This document shows positions 20,075-30,047 of a stretch of DNA of 64,000 nucleotides, one piece after another. Positions within the stretch are counted from its first letter, which is position 1, and each line of letters starts with the position of its first letter. Both the position numbers and the translations under genes were made by a program. Source of the stretch: an uncultured delta proteobacterium (GTDB lineage Bacteria > Myxococcota_A > Polyangia > Polyangiales > Houyiibacteriaceae); NCBI GenBank assembly GCA_963699755.1, contig CAVOVB010000001.1, positions 320,001 through 384,000 of the forward strand. Reading direction: 5' to 3'. The notes beneath the pieces are model-generated. The model ran no database searches. It was not told the DNA's origin and worked only from the letters and a program-made list of their open reading frames with translations.

Positions 20075-20235
20075 CGCGGTCGAGTGTAGCCTCCAACGCT
20101 CAAAGGACCAGCTGAAACGGCGCCCACCGCCCTTAGTGTCATCGGGGCAAGATTGCCCGGGCACGCTCAGACGCAGGGCTAGTGTCCCTACAGTCGACGC
20201 GGGCACGGCATCTCAGATGGGTCGGGTTGTTGTGC

Positions 20236-22290
20236 TCAGATGCCATTGCCCGCGATCCCATCGCTCGCTTTGTAGTTCGTGACGGCCGCGTGCCGGAAGA
20301 AGTACTGGGTGGGAGATGGCGACCAGTTTGAGCTCCCAACCATGCCGAGGTGCGCATTGAATCTCGGAAACCCGTCGCGCCAGGTTTCAATGCCGGTTTG
20401 TTCCAGTGCCAGCACGCCATTGATGTAAACCCTCGAGAGGCCATCGGTTGCGCCTTGGCCCGATGACCGAACGTACTCGAGCTCCACTTCGACCCATTCA
20501 CCAAGAGGAACGGCGACAGTGCTGAGAACGCTGTCAGGCGTGGTGGAACCGAGCAACCGAAGCGCGGACCAATCTAAAAAGAGCTTCATCGTGCCCGCGC
20601 GATCGACCTCGAGGCTTGGCCAAAAATCCGCGAAGAGCGGGGCGCCCTCGTCCGTGGAAGGGGAAACGTCTAGGATCGACAGCCATGCCGAGCCGTCCCC
20701 GGTGAGCCTGTCCTCGAACAGGAACTCGGCGAACATGAAGATCGAGCCCTGATCCTCGAATTGCTTCTGTAGGTACGCATTGCGGTCGCGCCCGCCTCGA
20801 ATCAGTCGTCGCATGTCCGCGCTAGGTGCAACCGTTGCCTTCGAGTACCAGACCGGCTCTGTTCCCAACGGGTCGATTACCCTGTCGGTGGCCGGACCGG
20901 TCCAAATGTTGCAAGGGACGGGGGTTCCGATCGGCTGTTGGCAATAAGGGGATCCAGGGTACTGAGGCCGGCCCGACGGGGAGAAGTTGAAGCTTGGCGC
21001 GAAGAAGGCCCCGCTCTCGCTGCTCGCCCAAAAAACGAAGTCAGGCGGCGCTGCTCCAACGCCGGGGGCTAGGTCTTCCTCGTTCGCAGCGGTCCATCTC
21101 GTGTTGTCCCGAATCCAGTCTTCGAACGCCTCAACGCGCACCCAGGTTCCTTCAACACCCGGCGCACATTCACCGGAGCCCCGAGACGCAACGCCCGCAA
21201 TCCGGGGTTTGCCGTCAACGAACGCATAGAGCGGCCCGCCGGAGTCACCGCAACAAATGGATCCGCCTTCGATGAGGAAGCCACGAAATATTCTGTCTCC
21301 GAGCAGTGAGACGTATTGATTGCCTTCATACAACTCTTTGATCGGGCCAGCCCCGGCATTGTCGCCGTAACCGTGCGCGAGAAGCTCCGTGCACATCGGC
21401 GCCATCGAATCCGTATGCGGATAGGCGGCATAGGGCTCCGGCAGATCTACGCTCGTGTAAATCAGCATCAGGTCTGCGCCCGACTCTGATGTGCTTGCGG
21501 TTGGCGGATCGGCGGGTACCGGCCCCACGTCCGGGTGCAACCTGAAGCGATCGGACACGGCGATCACGGGCGCCGTGTCAAGTGGTTCCGTGTGGACATC
21601 GTGCCAATCGCTAGCCGGGTTCAGACAGTGCGCAGCGGTCAAGAGCGTGCGCGGGCTGATGATCGTTGCCGTGCACGAGCCGGAGGCGAGATTCATCCAC
21701 TCAACGCGGGCAGAGCTGATTCTATCCGATGCGATGGTGCATCCGCACATCCTGGGAACTGGACCACCTGCGGCGGGGTCCATCGCCCCCGCGCAGAAGA
21801 GGCCGGTGCCGGTCTGACCGCCGTCGCCTCCGATGCCACCTTCTCCGCCCTGGCCGCCTGTGCCGATCTGACCGCCGATTCCTCCAGTGCCACCTTCTCC
21901 GCCGTAGCCACCGGTGCCGGTCTGACCGCCGTCGCCTCCGATGCCACCTTCTCCGCCCTGGCCGCCTGTGCCGATCTGACCGCCGATTCCTCCAATGCCA
22001 CCTTCGCCGCCGTAGCCGCCGGTGCCGGTCTGACCGCCGTCGCCTCCAGTGCCACCTTCTCCGCCGTAGCCACCGGTGCCGGTCTGACCGCCGTCGCCTC
22101 CAGTGCCACCTTCTCCGCCCTGGCCGCTTATGCCACCCTCACCTCCGATGCCACCTCCGCCGCCGGTGCCGCCCTGACCGGCGATACCTCCGCTGCCGGC
22201 CGTTCCCCCGCTTCCACCGCTACCAGTGGTATCACCACACGCGACCAGGCCTAGCGCCAGCACGCACATCAATCCGCGCAAGTAACCCAT
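20236..22290 (-). CDS. Lipoprotein: Gly-rich repeat linker, trypsin-like (S1) serine protease, C-terminal beta-sandwich (lectin/lyase-like) domain
   Basis: Lipobox LVAC; LLTAAHC, ADLML, GDSGGPL triad motifs; VPLGEWVEVELEY...DG..RVYING. Confidence 0.85.
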   Translation of the reverse strand: MGYLRGLMCVLALGLVACGDTTGSGGSGGTAGSGGIAGQGGTGGGGGIGGEGGISGQGGEGGTGGDGGQTGTGGYGGEGGTGGDGGQTGTGGYGGEGGIGGIGGQIGTGGQGGEGGIGGDGGQTGTGGYGGEGGTGGIGGQIGTGGQGGEGGIGGDGGQTGTGLFCAGAMDPAAGGPVPRMCGCTIASDRISSARVEWMNLASGSCTATIISPRTLLTAAHCLNPASDWHDVHTEPLDTAPVIAVSDRFRLHPDVGPVPADPPTASTSESGADLMLIYTSVDLPEPYAAYPHTDSMAPMCTELLAHGYGDNAGAGPIKELYEGNQYVSLLGDRIFRGFLIEGGSICCGDSGGPLYAFVDGKPRIAGVASRGSGECAPGVEGTWVRVEAFEDWIRDNTRWTAANEEDLAPGVGAAPPDFVFWASSESGAFFAPSFNFSPSGRPQYPGSPYCQQPIGTPVPCNIWTGPATDRVIDPLGTEPVWYSKATVAPSADMRRLIRGGRDRNAYLQKQFEDQGSIFMFAEFLFEDRLTGDGSAWLSILDVSPSTDEGAPLFADFWPSLEVDRAGTMKLFLDWSALRLLGSTTPDSVLSTVAVPLGEWVEVELEYVRSSGQGATDGLSRVYINGVLALEQTGIETWRDGFPRFNAHLGMVGSSNWSPSPTQYFFRHAAVTNYKASDGIAGNGI
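21803..22126. repeat. Coding tandem repeat, 6 x 54 nt (18-aa GGEGG[T/I]GG[D/I]GGQ[T/I]GTGG[Y/Q]), with a nested 108-nt duplication
   Basis: 21803-21910 and 21911-22018 are near-identical. Confidence 0.9.
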
Positions 22291-22580
22291 GAAGACCTTC
22301 CCGGGCGAAATCGCTCGCTCCAACCCTCGTCACATCAGTCAATTGGGGGTGCCAACGAGCGTGGGCAATACGTAATTGTTAACCAATGACTCATACGAGC
22401 TCTTTGCACCACGTGACCGCTCGAGAAAAGATCGCGCCAATCCTGCCCGCACGCGGCAGACCGCCGCCTCGAGCGCGGCTGATTCTCTATCAAAGCGTCG
22501 AGGCGATCGGCCCGAGCTCGGCGGCTAGCTGATCGAGCGGGCAGTCGGCTTGGGTGCAGGCATTCAATTTCACGGCGAGC

Positions 22581-23310
22581 TCACCCAGATGAGCGGCTGC
22601 GGCGCTCGGCAGCTCGCTTGCTTTGGAACCCTTGTTCGACGGTGTCACCGCCTCGTCCTTGGAGCAGCCGTTGCGCCCAATCGATCCCGGCCGGGCATTG
22701 TTGCTTCAAGTCCACCTGCTCGAAAGCGACGAGGCCGCCCACGGGCTCCCGGATCTGCGCTTCACTCGGCAAGATCCACTGGTACCGGCCGTAGTGCGAG
22801 ATGCTCGCGATCGCGGCGAGCATGTCGAGGTAGAGCCCGCCCATAGGCCCCACCGTGATGCCGCCTTCGCTCGTGTCGGATAGCGGGTAGCTGGCGATTA
22901 TGCTGCCATCCTGAGGTTTGATCGCGATGAGCCAGGTCTTCGGCGCGCGCGTGACCTTCCTTCCGAAAAAATTCATCGCGTAGCCGCCGAGGACCGTGGT
23001 CCAGATGAGATCCGGCGTGACGGACGCCACGCTATCGATGAAGCCAACCGGCTCGCCTTGCTCCAGCAAGCCAAGGCGCGTCCAGAGCGTGGGCAGGTGC
23101 TGCCCGACGAAGTCGTTGTAGTCGCGCTCCCGGCGTTTCTCGCCGCTCTCACCCGCTACGGCGACGAGGCGCTGGCCGCCGAGCAGATAGACCGTGTCGT
23201 CCGGACCTACAGAAGGCGAGCTTGAGGCGATTGTCGACCACGTCGATGCCGTGGAAGTGGCCTTCGCTTTCATCTTCGGCCGCGCCAATCACGTAGATTC
23301 GACCGGTGTC
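22581..23310 (-). pseudogene. Fragment of a beta-propeller/PQQ-like hypothetical protein
   Basis: SSPSVGPDDTVYL and ITVGPMGGLYL blade-like motifs; no convincing start, ends look frameshifted. Confidence 0.4.
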
Positions 23311-23417
23311 GGGGTGCATGGCAGGCGTGTTGGTGGTTTCGTGGAGGGAGCGAGGAGATCTGAACGGTCAGAAATCGACCGTGCAATTGAGTGGGAGCAT
23401 GCGGAGTCGGGGAACGC

Positions 23418-24227
23418 TCAGAAGCGTCCGCTCAACGAAAGGCCGCCGGCTTGGTGCGTGAAGATTGGGGTCACCTGAAGGGAGGCCTTTGTGACTTGCC
23501 CGCCCGCAGGCGGCAGCCCCGCCTCATAGCGTTCCCAAAGATCTCTTGGCGGAATGAACGATAGCCCGAAGCCGATGGCACCAATCGCCGTCAGCGTGCC
23601 CCCCACGCCGAATCCGAGCCGTCGTGCGAGGGTCGAAAGGTCGGCGGCCGATGTCAGGCCAATCAGTAAGCCCCCGCCGACGACGAGCCCGAGGCTGCCC
23701 CAACGACGCTGTCTCGTCTTCGTGTTCGCGCGAACCTTGAGAGAGTATCGAAGCTCACCTTCGAAGCGCGCTAGCTCGTCCTCGGTCATGCCTCGACCGG
23801 TCGTCTCGGTCCAACGCGCGTAGCGCTTCTCCGAAGGCGAGGGGATCGCGAGCAAGGTCACGCCCATCACGAGCGTCGCGCCACCGGCCACGGCAGCCAC
23901 GAAGCCGAACCCTTTGCTGAACTCGGTCCGCGGTGAATCGTCCAACAGGGCAACCGTTCCGAACGCAACGAGCAGACCCGAGCCGACGACCGCCAGGCTC
24001 CCGTTGAAGAAACGATTGCGCCGCCCCTCATCGTTGGTGTACAGGAGCCAACGATCGAGGTGGCCGATCTGGGCGTCGGACGCCTCAGGCGCAGCGCTCT
24101 GCGGGGCGACTCCCTGGGTCGCAAACTCCTGCGCGGAGGCCGACCCAGCAAGCAGTAGAAAGAAGCCCGCGCTGAGCGCCTTGACATGCAAGTTCCGCGT
24201 CGAGCTCCGACTATGAGCGGACACCAT
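23418..24227 (-). CDS. Hypothetical exported/membrane protein
   Basis: Signal peptide (GSASAQE), two hydrophobic hairpins, C-terminal GGLSLSGRF strand. Confidence 0.7.
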   Translation of the reverse strand: MVSAHSRSSTRNLHVKALSAGFFLLLAGSASAQEFATQGVAPQSAAPEASDAQIGHLDRWLLYTNDEGRRNRFFNGSLAVVGSGLLVAFGTVALLDDSPRTEFSKGFGFVAAVAGGATLVMGVTLLAIPSPSEKRYARWTETTGRGMTEDELARFEGELRYSLKVRANTKTRQRRWGSLGLVVGGGLLIGLTSAADLSTLARRLGFGVGGTLTAIGAIGFGLSFIPPRDLWERYEAGLPPAGGQVTKASLQVTPIFTHQAGGLSLSGRF

Positions 24228-24444
24228 GAATCAACCAATGCCGAAATCTACGCATCGAGCCAAATGCTCGCAATCCATCGGTACGCACGCTCGAGGTTGA
24301 GCCGCCGAGGCCTGCGGTGTCAAGGACCCATGCGGACCGGCCAATCCTCGCAGATCGCCCACCACTGCATCCAACCTGATTCGTTATTGCGGATACCGCG
24401 AGCCTCGTCTACGGCCCAAGCGATTCATGCGCTAGGGAGCGGGG

Positions 24445-25680
24445 ATGCCAGAGGAACTCCAGAACGAGCCGGTCTTCCTGCTCATCATCAGCGGGCTCAT
24501 CGTCATCTCGATGTTGATCAAGTCGGGAGCACATAGTTTCCTACGCATCCCTCCCGTCGTTGGTTATATCGTCGTCGGAGCATTCCTTCATGTCGCGGAG
24601 GACTACTGGGGCTTCCTTCCGCCTGGAGCGGTCACGACGCTCGACTTCTTGGCCGCGCTCGGAGTGGCGGCATTGTTGTTTCACGTCGGTCTCAAGAGCA
24701 ACATCGAGACCCTGACCGAGCAGCTTCCGCGCGCCTCTCGCGTCTGGGCTTCGGATGTCGTCGTCTCCGTCGGGCTGGCCTTCGTCGTCGCCAGGCTGGT
24801 GGGGCTCGAGCTTTTGCCAGCCATGTTCGTAGCGGCTGCCTTGTCGGCGACTAGCGTGGGTATTTCCATCGTCGTCTGGGAGGACACCAAGCGCCTCAAG
24901 TCGCGCTTGGGGCAATTGCTGATCGACGTCGCGGAGTTGGACGATCTATCCGCGATCATGCTGATGCTCATCGTGGTGGCCATCGCTCCAATCCTCCAAC
25001 AGGGCGGAGAGCCCCGAGCTGTTCTGAGCGCGGCCTCCGGTGCATCCCTTCAGATGCTGCTCAAGTTGGCTGCCTTCGCCGGGTTGTGCTGGGTCCTCGC
25101 CAGATATGCGGAGGAACGATTCACGAGGTGGATGGACAGGGCCCTGCGTCCTCCAGATCGAATCCTGTCGATCGTGGGGGTGGGGTTTGGAATCGCAGCC
25201 CTGGCGGGCATCCTCGGCTTCTCGGTTGCAGTCGGCGCCTTGTTTGCCGGCGTGCTCTTCAGTCGTGACCCGAGGAGCGTTCGAGAGGAGGCGAGCTTCG
25301 AGCCCATTTACGCGCTCCTCACTCCGTTTTTCTTCATCGACGTGGGCTATGCCCTCGAAACGAGCTCGATGACACAGTCCTTGGTCTTGGGTCTATTCCT
25401 GTTCGTGCCAGCGGTCGTCGGAAAAGTCCTTGGAGTGGGGGTGCCGGTCGCTCGAGCATTCGGCGCTCGAGCTGGCGTGTTGCTGGGCGCCAGCATGATA
25501 CCTCGCGCAGAGATTGCTCTACTGGTCGCACGAACGGGCAATCGACTTGGCCCATGGGCTGTTCCCGATGCCCTGTATGGCGGCCTCGTCTGCGCGGTTG
25601 GGCTCGCTTCGATCGTTTCTCCGCTCATCGTGCAGCGCCTGCTGGAACGATGGGACGACGCATCCCTCGGTGAACCATGA
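24445..25680 (+). CDS. Cation:proton antiporter (CPA2 family)
   Basis: IPPVVGYIVVG, LSATSVGI, AELDDL, MIPRAEIAL; about 12 hydrophobic segments. Confidence 0.9.
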   Translation: MPEELQNEPVFLLIISGLIVISMLIKSGAHSFLRIPPVVGYIVVGAFLHVAEDYWGFLPPGAVTTLDFLAALGVAALLFHVGLKSNIETLTEQLPRASRVWASDVVVSVGLAFVVARLVGLELLPAMFVAAALSATSVGISIVVWEDTKRLKSRLGQLLIDVAELDDLSAIMLMLIVVAIAPILQQGGEPRAVLSAASGASLQMLLKLAAFAGLCWVLARYAEERFTRWMDRALRPPDRILSIVGVGFGIAALAGILGFSVAVGALFAGVLFSRDPRSVREEASFEPIYALLTPFFFIDVGYALETSSMTQSLVLGLFLFVPAVVGKVLGVGVPVARAFGARAGVLLGASMIPRAEIALLVARTGNRLGPWAVPDALYGGLVCAVGLASIVSPLIVQRLLERWDDASLGEP

Positions 25681-27377
25681 GCGACGAGTCGCAGTTGGAG
25701 CTTGGCGCCGGCGCCAAAGAAGCGATTCGCCAAGAGGTTGCGGAGAAGATCACAGGGCTACCGTCTCGCAGACTCTATGGGACGTTCGCGGGAGTCTTTA
25801 CACCTACGCTGCTGACCATCCTGGGCGTCATCATGTACCTGCGGGAAGGCTGGGTTGTCGGGAACGCGGGACTGCTCGGCGCCTGTGCGATCATCCTCTT
25901 CTCCTATCTCATCACCATATCGACCGGCCTGCCCCTCGCGTCGATCACCACGAACATTCGAATTGGCGCGGGTGAAGCTTTCTCGGTGATTTCCCAATCA
26001 TCCGGCGCTTGTCGTCGATCTAACCATCTTCGCGGTGCTCGTAAGCATTGCCCTCGTCAGTGCCGGTCTCGCGCTCAAGGTGCAGTACGTAATCCTGGTC
26101 ATCGTCATTGGTTCGCTGGTTTCCGTAGCCGCCGATGGCGGCGTGGCTCCACCCGACCATCCAATCGAGTGGTGGGGCGACCTTCCCCTCCGCCCTCGCC
26201 TCCTTGGTGGGCGCCCCGCGAATCCTCCAGGCCTTGGCCGACCACGAGATCCTACCCGCGAGCAAATGGCTCTCGCGCCGTTCCCTCTCGGGTGAGCCAC
26301 GGAACGCGATGCTCATGACCGTCGGCATTGTCTTCGTTGCCCTCATGCTGCGCCGGCTCAACATCATAGCGCAACTCATCACGATGTTCTTCCTGATCAC
26401 CTATGCGATGATCAACGTCGTTTTGCTGATCGAGCAGAGCCTCGGCCTCGTGAGCTTTCGACCACTCCTACGGATCCCGCGCGTCGTATCGCTGATCGGT
26501 GCTGCTGGATGCATTCTCGCGATGTTCGTCGTGAACCCGACGTTCGCGCTGGTCGCGGTGGTTGCCGTCTTTGCGGTACACGCATATCTCGTTCGCAAAC
26601 GTCTTCGGACAGCGCACGGCGATGTGCGAAGCGCCCTCTTCGTCGCTTCCGCAGAGTGGGCAGCGAGAAAGGTCGCAGCGATGACCGGTTCCGAGCGAGC
26701 CTGGAAGGCCAACCTTCTCGTCCCAATCGAAGAGCCTCAGGAAATCGAACGCGTCTACGATTTGCTTCGCGACTTGGACGGCTCTGCAGCTTTCGAGCTA
26801 CGCAGATAACCTGGTTACGGGCATGGAAGCCTTGCGTGGGGCGTTCTTACACTCCAGCCTCGTTTTTCTGCGCATGGCTCTCATCGACACCGGTCGCGAG
26901 GCACAGCTCGCGCGGATCATTTCCGATGCGGAGCGGCAGGGGCTCGGCATTTGGCTCTACACTCCTGGGCCGGTTGGCGTCCCGCAACTCGGGCCGATCC
27001 ATCTGCTGCTCGATCGGCCCGAGGACGGCTGGGAAATCGGCCTCGATCTGGGCGACGCGGACCTCGCGCTACTGGTCGCTTACAAGCTGACACAGAACAG
27101 AAACCAGGAGCTGGTGCTGATTGCAAGACTCGACGAGGATACGGAGCGCGCCCAGGCTCTCGCGTAACTCAAGTCCGTCGCAGAATTGGCGCGGATCCCC
27201 GAGGCCAAGCTTCGTACGGAGACGCCGAACGATGAGCCGCCGGAGCTCGCACCATCGATCACGGTCTTCGTCCTCCGTCTACCGCCGAACCTGTCGGATC
27301 TCAGAGAGCGGGCAACACGAGCAGCGTCGCCGTGTCTTTTCGCGCTCGATTCGGGCCGGGAGAACGCCCTCGCGTGA
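25677..27377 (+). pseudogene. Amino acid permease / cation-chloride cotransporter (SLC12-like), fragmented
   Basis: YGTFAGVFTPTLLTILGVIMYLREGWVVGNAG; VQYVIL; SALASLVGAPRILQAL; ITMFFLITY..IN; C-terminal DSGRENALA. Spread over at least five ORF pieces with frameshifts, stops (26807-9, 27165-7) and missing segments. Confidence 0.85.
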
Positions 27378-27521
27378 CGCGAATCTCACTCTCGGCCCGC
27401 GAGCAATTCGACATGCCTCTTCGAAGCGCGCGATTGGCCCATAGGACCCAGGCTAGAATGCCCTGCTTCGCCGAGGCCTAGTTGTCCGGTCGGGAGTTGA
27501 ATCCAACGCTTGGTATCGATC

Positions 27522-28904
27522 TCAACCTGCGATGAGCGGAAGCAAGGCAGTTGCGAAGCTGAGCACCAAGAAGAAACCGCACATGTCGGTCACCGTCGTC
27601 AGGATCGGACCCGATGCGAGCGCGGGGTCGAACTGCATGCTGCGTAGGAACAGGGGAACCAGGCCTCCGAGCGAGACGGAGACGATGGTATTGACCGCCA
27701 ACGCGAGGCCGATGACGAGGCTCAAGTAGATATTGCCTTTCCAGAAGTATGCAGCCAGACCGAGGAGCGTACCCAATACGAGCGAGTTGATGAGACCGAC
27801 CGTAAGCTCTTTGCGCCAAACGCGGAACGCATCGGACGGACGAATGAGCCCCAGCGTGATCTCGCGCATACTGACGGCGATCGCCTGATTCCCCGAGCAG
27901 CCGCTCATGTCGGAGATGATCGGAAGGAACACGGCGAGCACGATCACCGCCGCGAGCGTCTCTTGATAGAGTGCAATGACGCTTGCGGCCACGATGTTGA
28001 GCACGATGTTGATGCTGAGCCAGGACAAGCGGTGCCAGGCGCGGGTGAGAGTCGGCATCGTGCGAAGCTCTTCCCCGCCAACGATGCCCTGCGCCTTGAG
28101 GTGATCGCTCGCCTCGCGCTCGCCCACCGCTTCCGCGACGTCCGCGTGACGCACGACGCCGACGAGCCGACCCGCGCGATCGGTCACGGGAACGCCACGG
28201 TAGGCGCGCGTGGCGAAGAAATCGCGAAGAGTGGCGAGCGGGGCTTGCACCGGGACGACTTCCATGGCCGTGATCATGATCTGCTCGACCGGGGTCCGCT
28301 CCGAGGTCAGCACCAGGTCTCGCAACCTCAGCACGCCTTTCAGGATGCCGGTCGTGTCGGTGACGTAAATGTACTGCACGTCGTGGCGCTGATAACGCTC
28401 CGTGTTCCGGCGAAGATCTTCGAGCACCTCTCCCACCGTGACCTCGTGAGGGAAACTGAGATACTCCGTAATCATGATCGCGCCGGCGGTACCCTCCGGG
28501 TACTGCGCAAGACGCTCCGCGTCCGCTGCCTCGGCGGGAGGCATCTGCTCCAAGATCGCTTGGGCTTCATCGTCCGGAAGGTTCGATATGAGGTCGGCCT
28601 GCTCGTTGCTCGGTAGCTGCGCGACAATTTCCGCCGCCTTGTCCGAATCGAGCTCACCCAACACGTCCGTGGCCTGAGCCTCCGGGATGCTCTCCATCAG
28701 GGCGCCGCTGGTCGCGGGCTCCAGCATCTCGAGGAGGCGCGCGCTCTCTTCGTTGCCGAGCAAGCTCATGACACGTGGCAGATCTTCCGAAGGGACCGTG
28801 TCCACGAAGGCTTGTGCGGCAGGGCGATCTTGCGCGTTGATGAGGCTTCGCAACATCTCCCATGGTGGCGGCGGATCCTCGGTTGAATCGTCGGTCTGGG
28901 TCAT
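27522..28904 (-). CDS. mgtE: Magnesium transporter MgtE
   Basis: YPEGTAGAIM, CBS pair, FLPIISDMSGCSGNQ, DPALASGPILTTVTD. Confidence 0.95.
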   Translation of the reverse strand: MTQTDDSTEDPPPPWEMLRSLINAQDRPAAQAFVDTVPSEDLPRVMSLLGNEESARLLEMLEPATSGALMESIPEAQATDVLGELDSDKAAEIVAQLPSNEQADLISNLPDDEAQAILEQMPPAEAADAERLAQYPEGTAGAIMITEYLSFPHEVTVGEVLEDLRRNTERYQRHDVQYIYVTDTTGILKGVLRLRDLVLTSERTPVEQIMITAMEVVPVQAPLATLRDFFATRAYRGVPVTDRAGRLVGVVRHADVAEAVGEREASDHLKAQGIVGGEELRTMPTLTRAWHRLSWLSINIVLNIVAASVIALYQETLAAVIVLAVFLPIISDMSGCSGNQAIAVSMREITLGLIRPSDAFRVWRKELTVGLINSLVLGTLLGLAAYFWKGNIYLSLVIGLALAVNTIVSVSLGGLVPLFLRSMQFDPALASGPILTTVTDMCGFFLVLSFATALLPLIAG

Positions 28905-28935
28905 CGCCGGCAGCTATCACCAAGCGGTGGGGAAG

Positions 28936-29805
28936 TCACGGCTCCGAACGAGTCGCTACCCGCGCAAGCTTCTCGGTGGCCCTCCAGGCCTCGGGGGATT
29001 CGATCAGGATGGAGCCCGGCCGCTGTTGCTTGGCCCGATACATGAGGGCGTCTGCTTCTCTCAGCAGGTCATCCGAGCTCGCGGTTCCTCCGGAAAAGAC
29101 GACGGCGCCAATGCTGGCCGTGACTCCGACTTCCGCAGCGCTGCGAAGGCTACCTAGCGTAGCCGAGAGTGCCGTCTGAATACGCTCCAGAGCCAGTGTC
29201 GCTTGCGCTTCATCGGTCTCGCTGAGAACGATCGCGAACTCATCTCCGCCGAGCCTTCCGGTGGCGTCGTTGGACCTCAACGTAGTGGCGAGCTTCAGGC
29301 CGACCTCTCGCAAGACTAGGTCGCCGGTGGCATGGCCAAAGCGATCGTTGATCGTCTTGAAGCGGTCGAGGTCCAAGTACGCCAGCGTGAACGCGCGACC
29401 CGTACGCTGAGACCTCGAACGCTCGCGCTCGAGTAGCTCCGCGAATGCCCGTAGATTGTAGAGACCCGTCTGAGCGTCGGTCCTAGCAAGCGCGCGCTCT
29501 CGGTCGAGCAGAGCTCGAACGCGTTGGAGCACAAGCGCCGCAAAGATGAAGATGATCAGTCGGGCGATAGCATTCCAAACGCCAATAGCCGGATGGCTGT
29601 ACACATGGCTCGATACGTCGGCGGAATACCAGAGGACGGCCGAAAGCAGGGCAGCGACCAACGAAGCGCTCAGGCTCGCCCGCCAAGCCAGAAGCCCCAC
29701 GGGCAAGAGATAGAAGACGGAGAAGGAGATCTCGTGACCGGTCCAGTAGTCGAGCGCCGCGATCACCGCGATGCCGGCGAACGCGAGTGTCAAGATTGTC
29801 TTCAT
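28936..29805 (-). CDS. Membrane-anchored diguanylate cyclase
   Basis: N-terminal TM helices; TDAQTGLYN, DLDRFKTINDRFGHATGD, GRLGGDEF. Confidence 0.93.
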   Translation of the reverse strand: MKTILTLAFAGIAVIAALDYWTGHEISFSVFYLLPVGLLAWRASLSASLVAALLSAVLWYSADVSSHVYSHPAIGVWNAIARLIIFIFAALVLQRVRALLDRERALARTDAQTGLYNLRAFAELLERERSRSQRTGRAFTLAYLDLDRFKTINDRFGHATGDLVLREVGLKLATTLRSNDATGRLGGDEFAIVLSETDEAQATLALERIQTALSATLGSLRSAAEVGVTASIGAVVFSGGTASSDDLLREADALMYRAKQQRPGSILIESPEAWRATEKLARVATRSEP

Positions 29806-30004
29806 GCCCCTCCCCGGGCCTGGATTCTACGTTGGTTGCGCGAGGGGTTGCGACCTTTTGACCCAGGGGGGGTCAGACGCGACAGGCCTGCTGCCACAGC
29901 GAAGTCACTGGCGTCGTGGCGCAGTCATTTCGCCACCCTTTCACCAAGATGCAATGCCTGCGCCCCCCCGCCCGAGAAACCCCAGAAAAAATGACGCCCG
30001 CACT

Positions 30005-30020
30005 CGGCATGGTCCTTGCT
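30005..30020 (+). promoter_or_regulatory. Putative sigma54 (-24/-12) promoter
   Basis: CGGCATGGTCCTTGCT matches GG-N10-GC; followed by AAGGAG and ATG 30048. Confidence 0.55.
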
Positions 30021-30047
30021 TTCTCTTCAAAAAGGAGCTGTGCTGTC

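Noticed and set aside
21803..22126. Regularly spaced repeats as a possible CRISPR array
   Set aside because: The units are contiguous with no unique spacers, in frame within a CDS encoding a Gly-rich linker, and no cas genes are present
22340..22357. Minus-strand TGGCAC upstream of the protease gene as a sigma54 promoter
   Set aside because: No GC at the required -12 position (GG-N10 is followed by TG)
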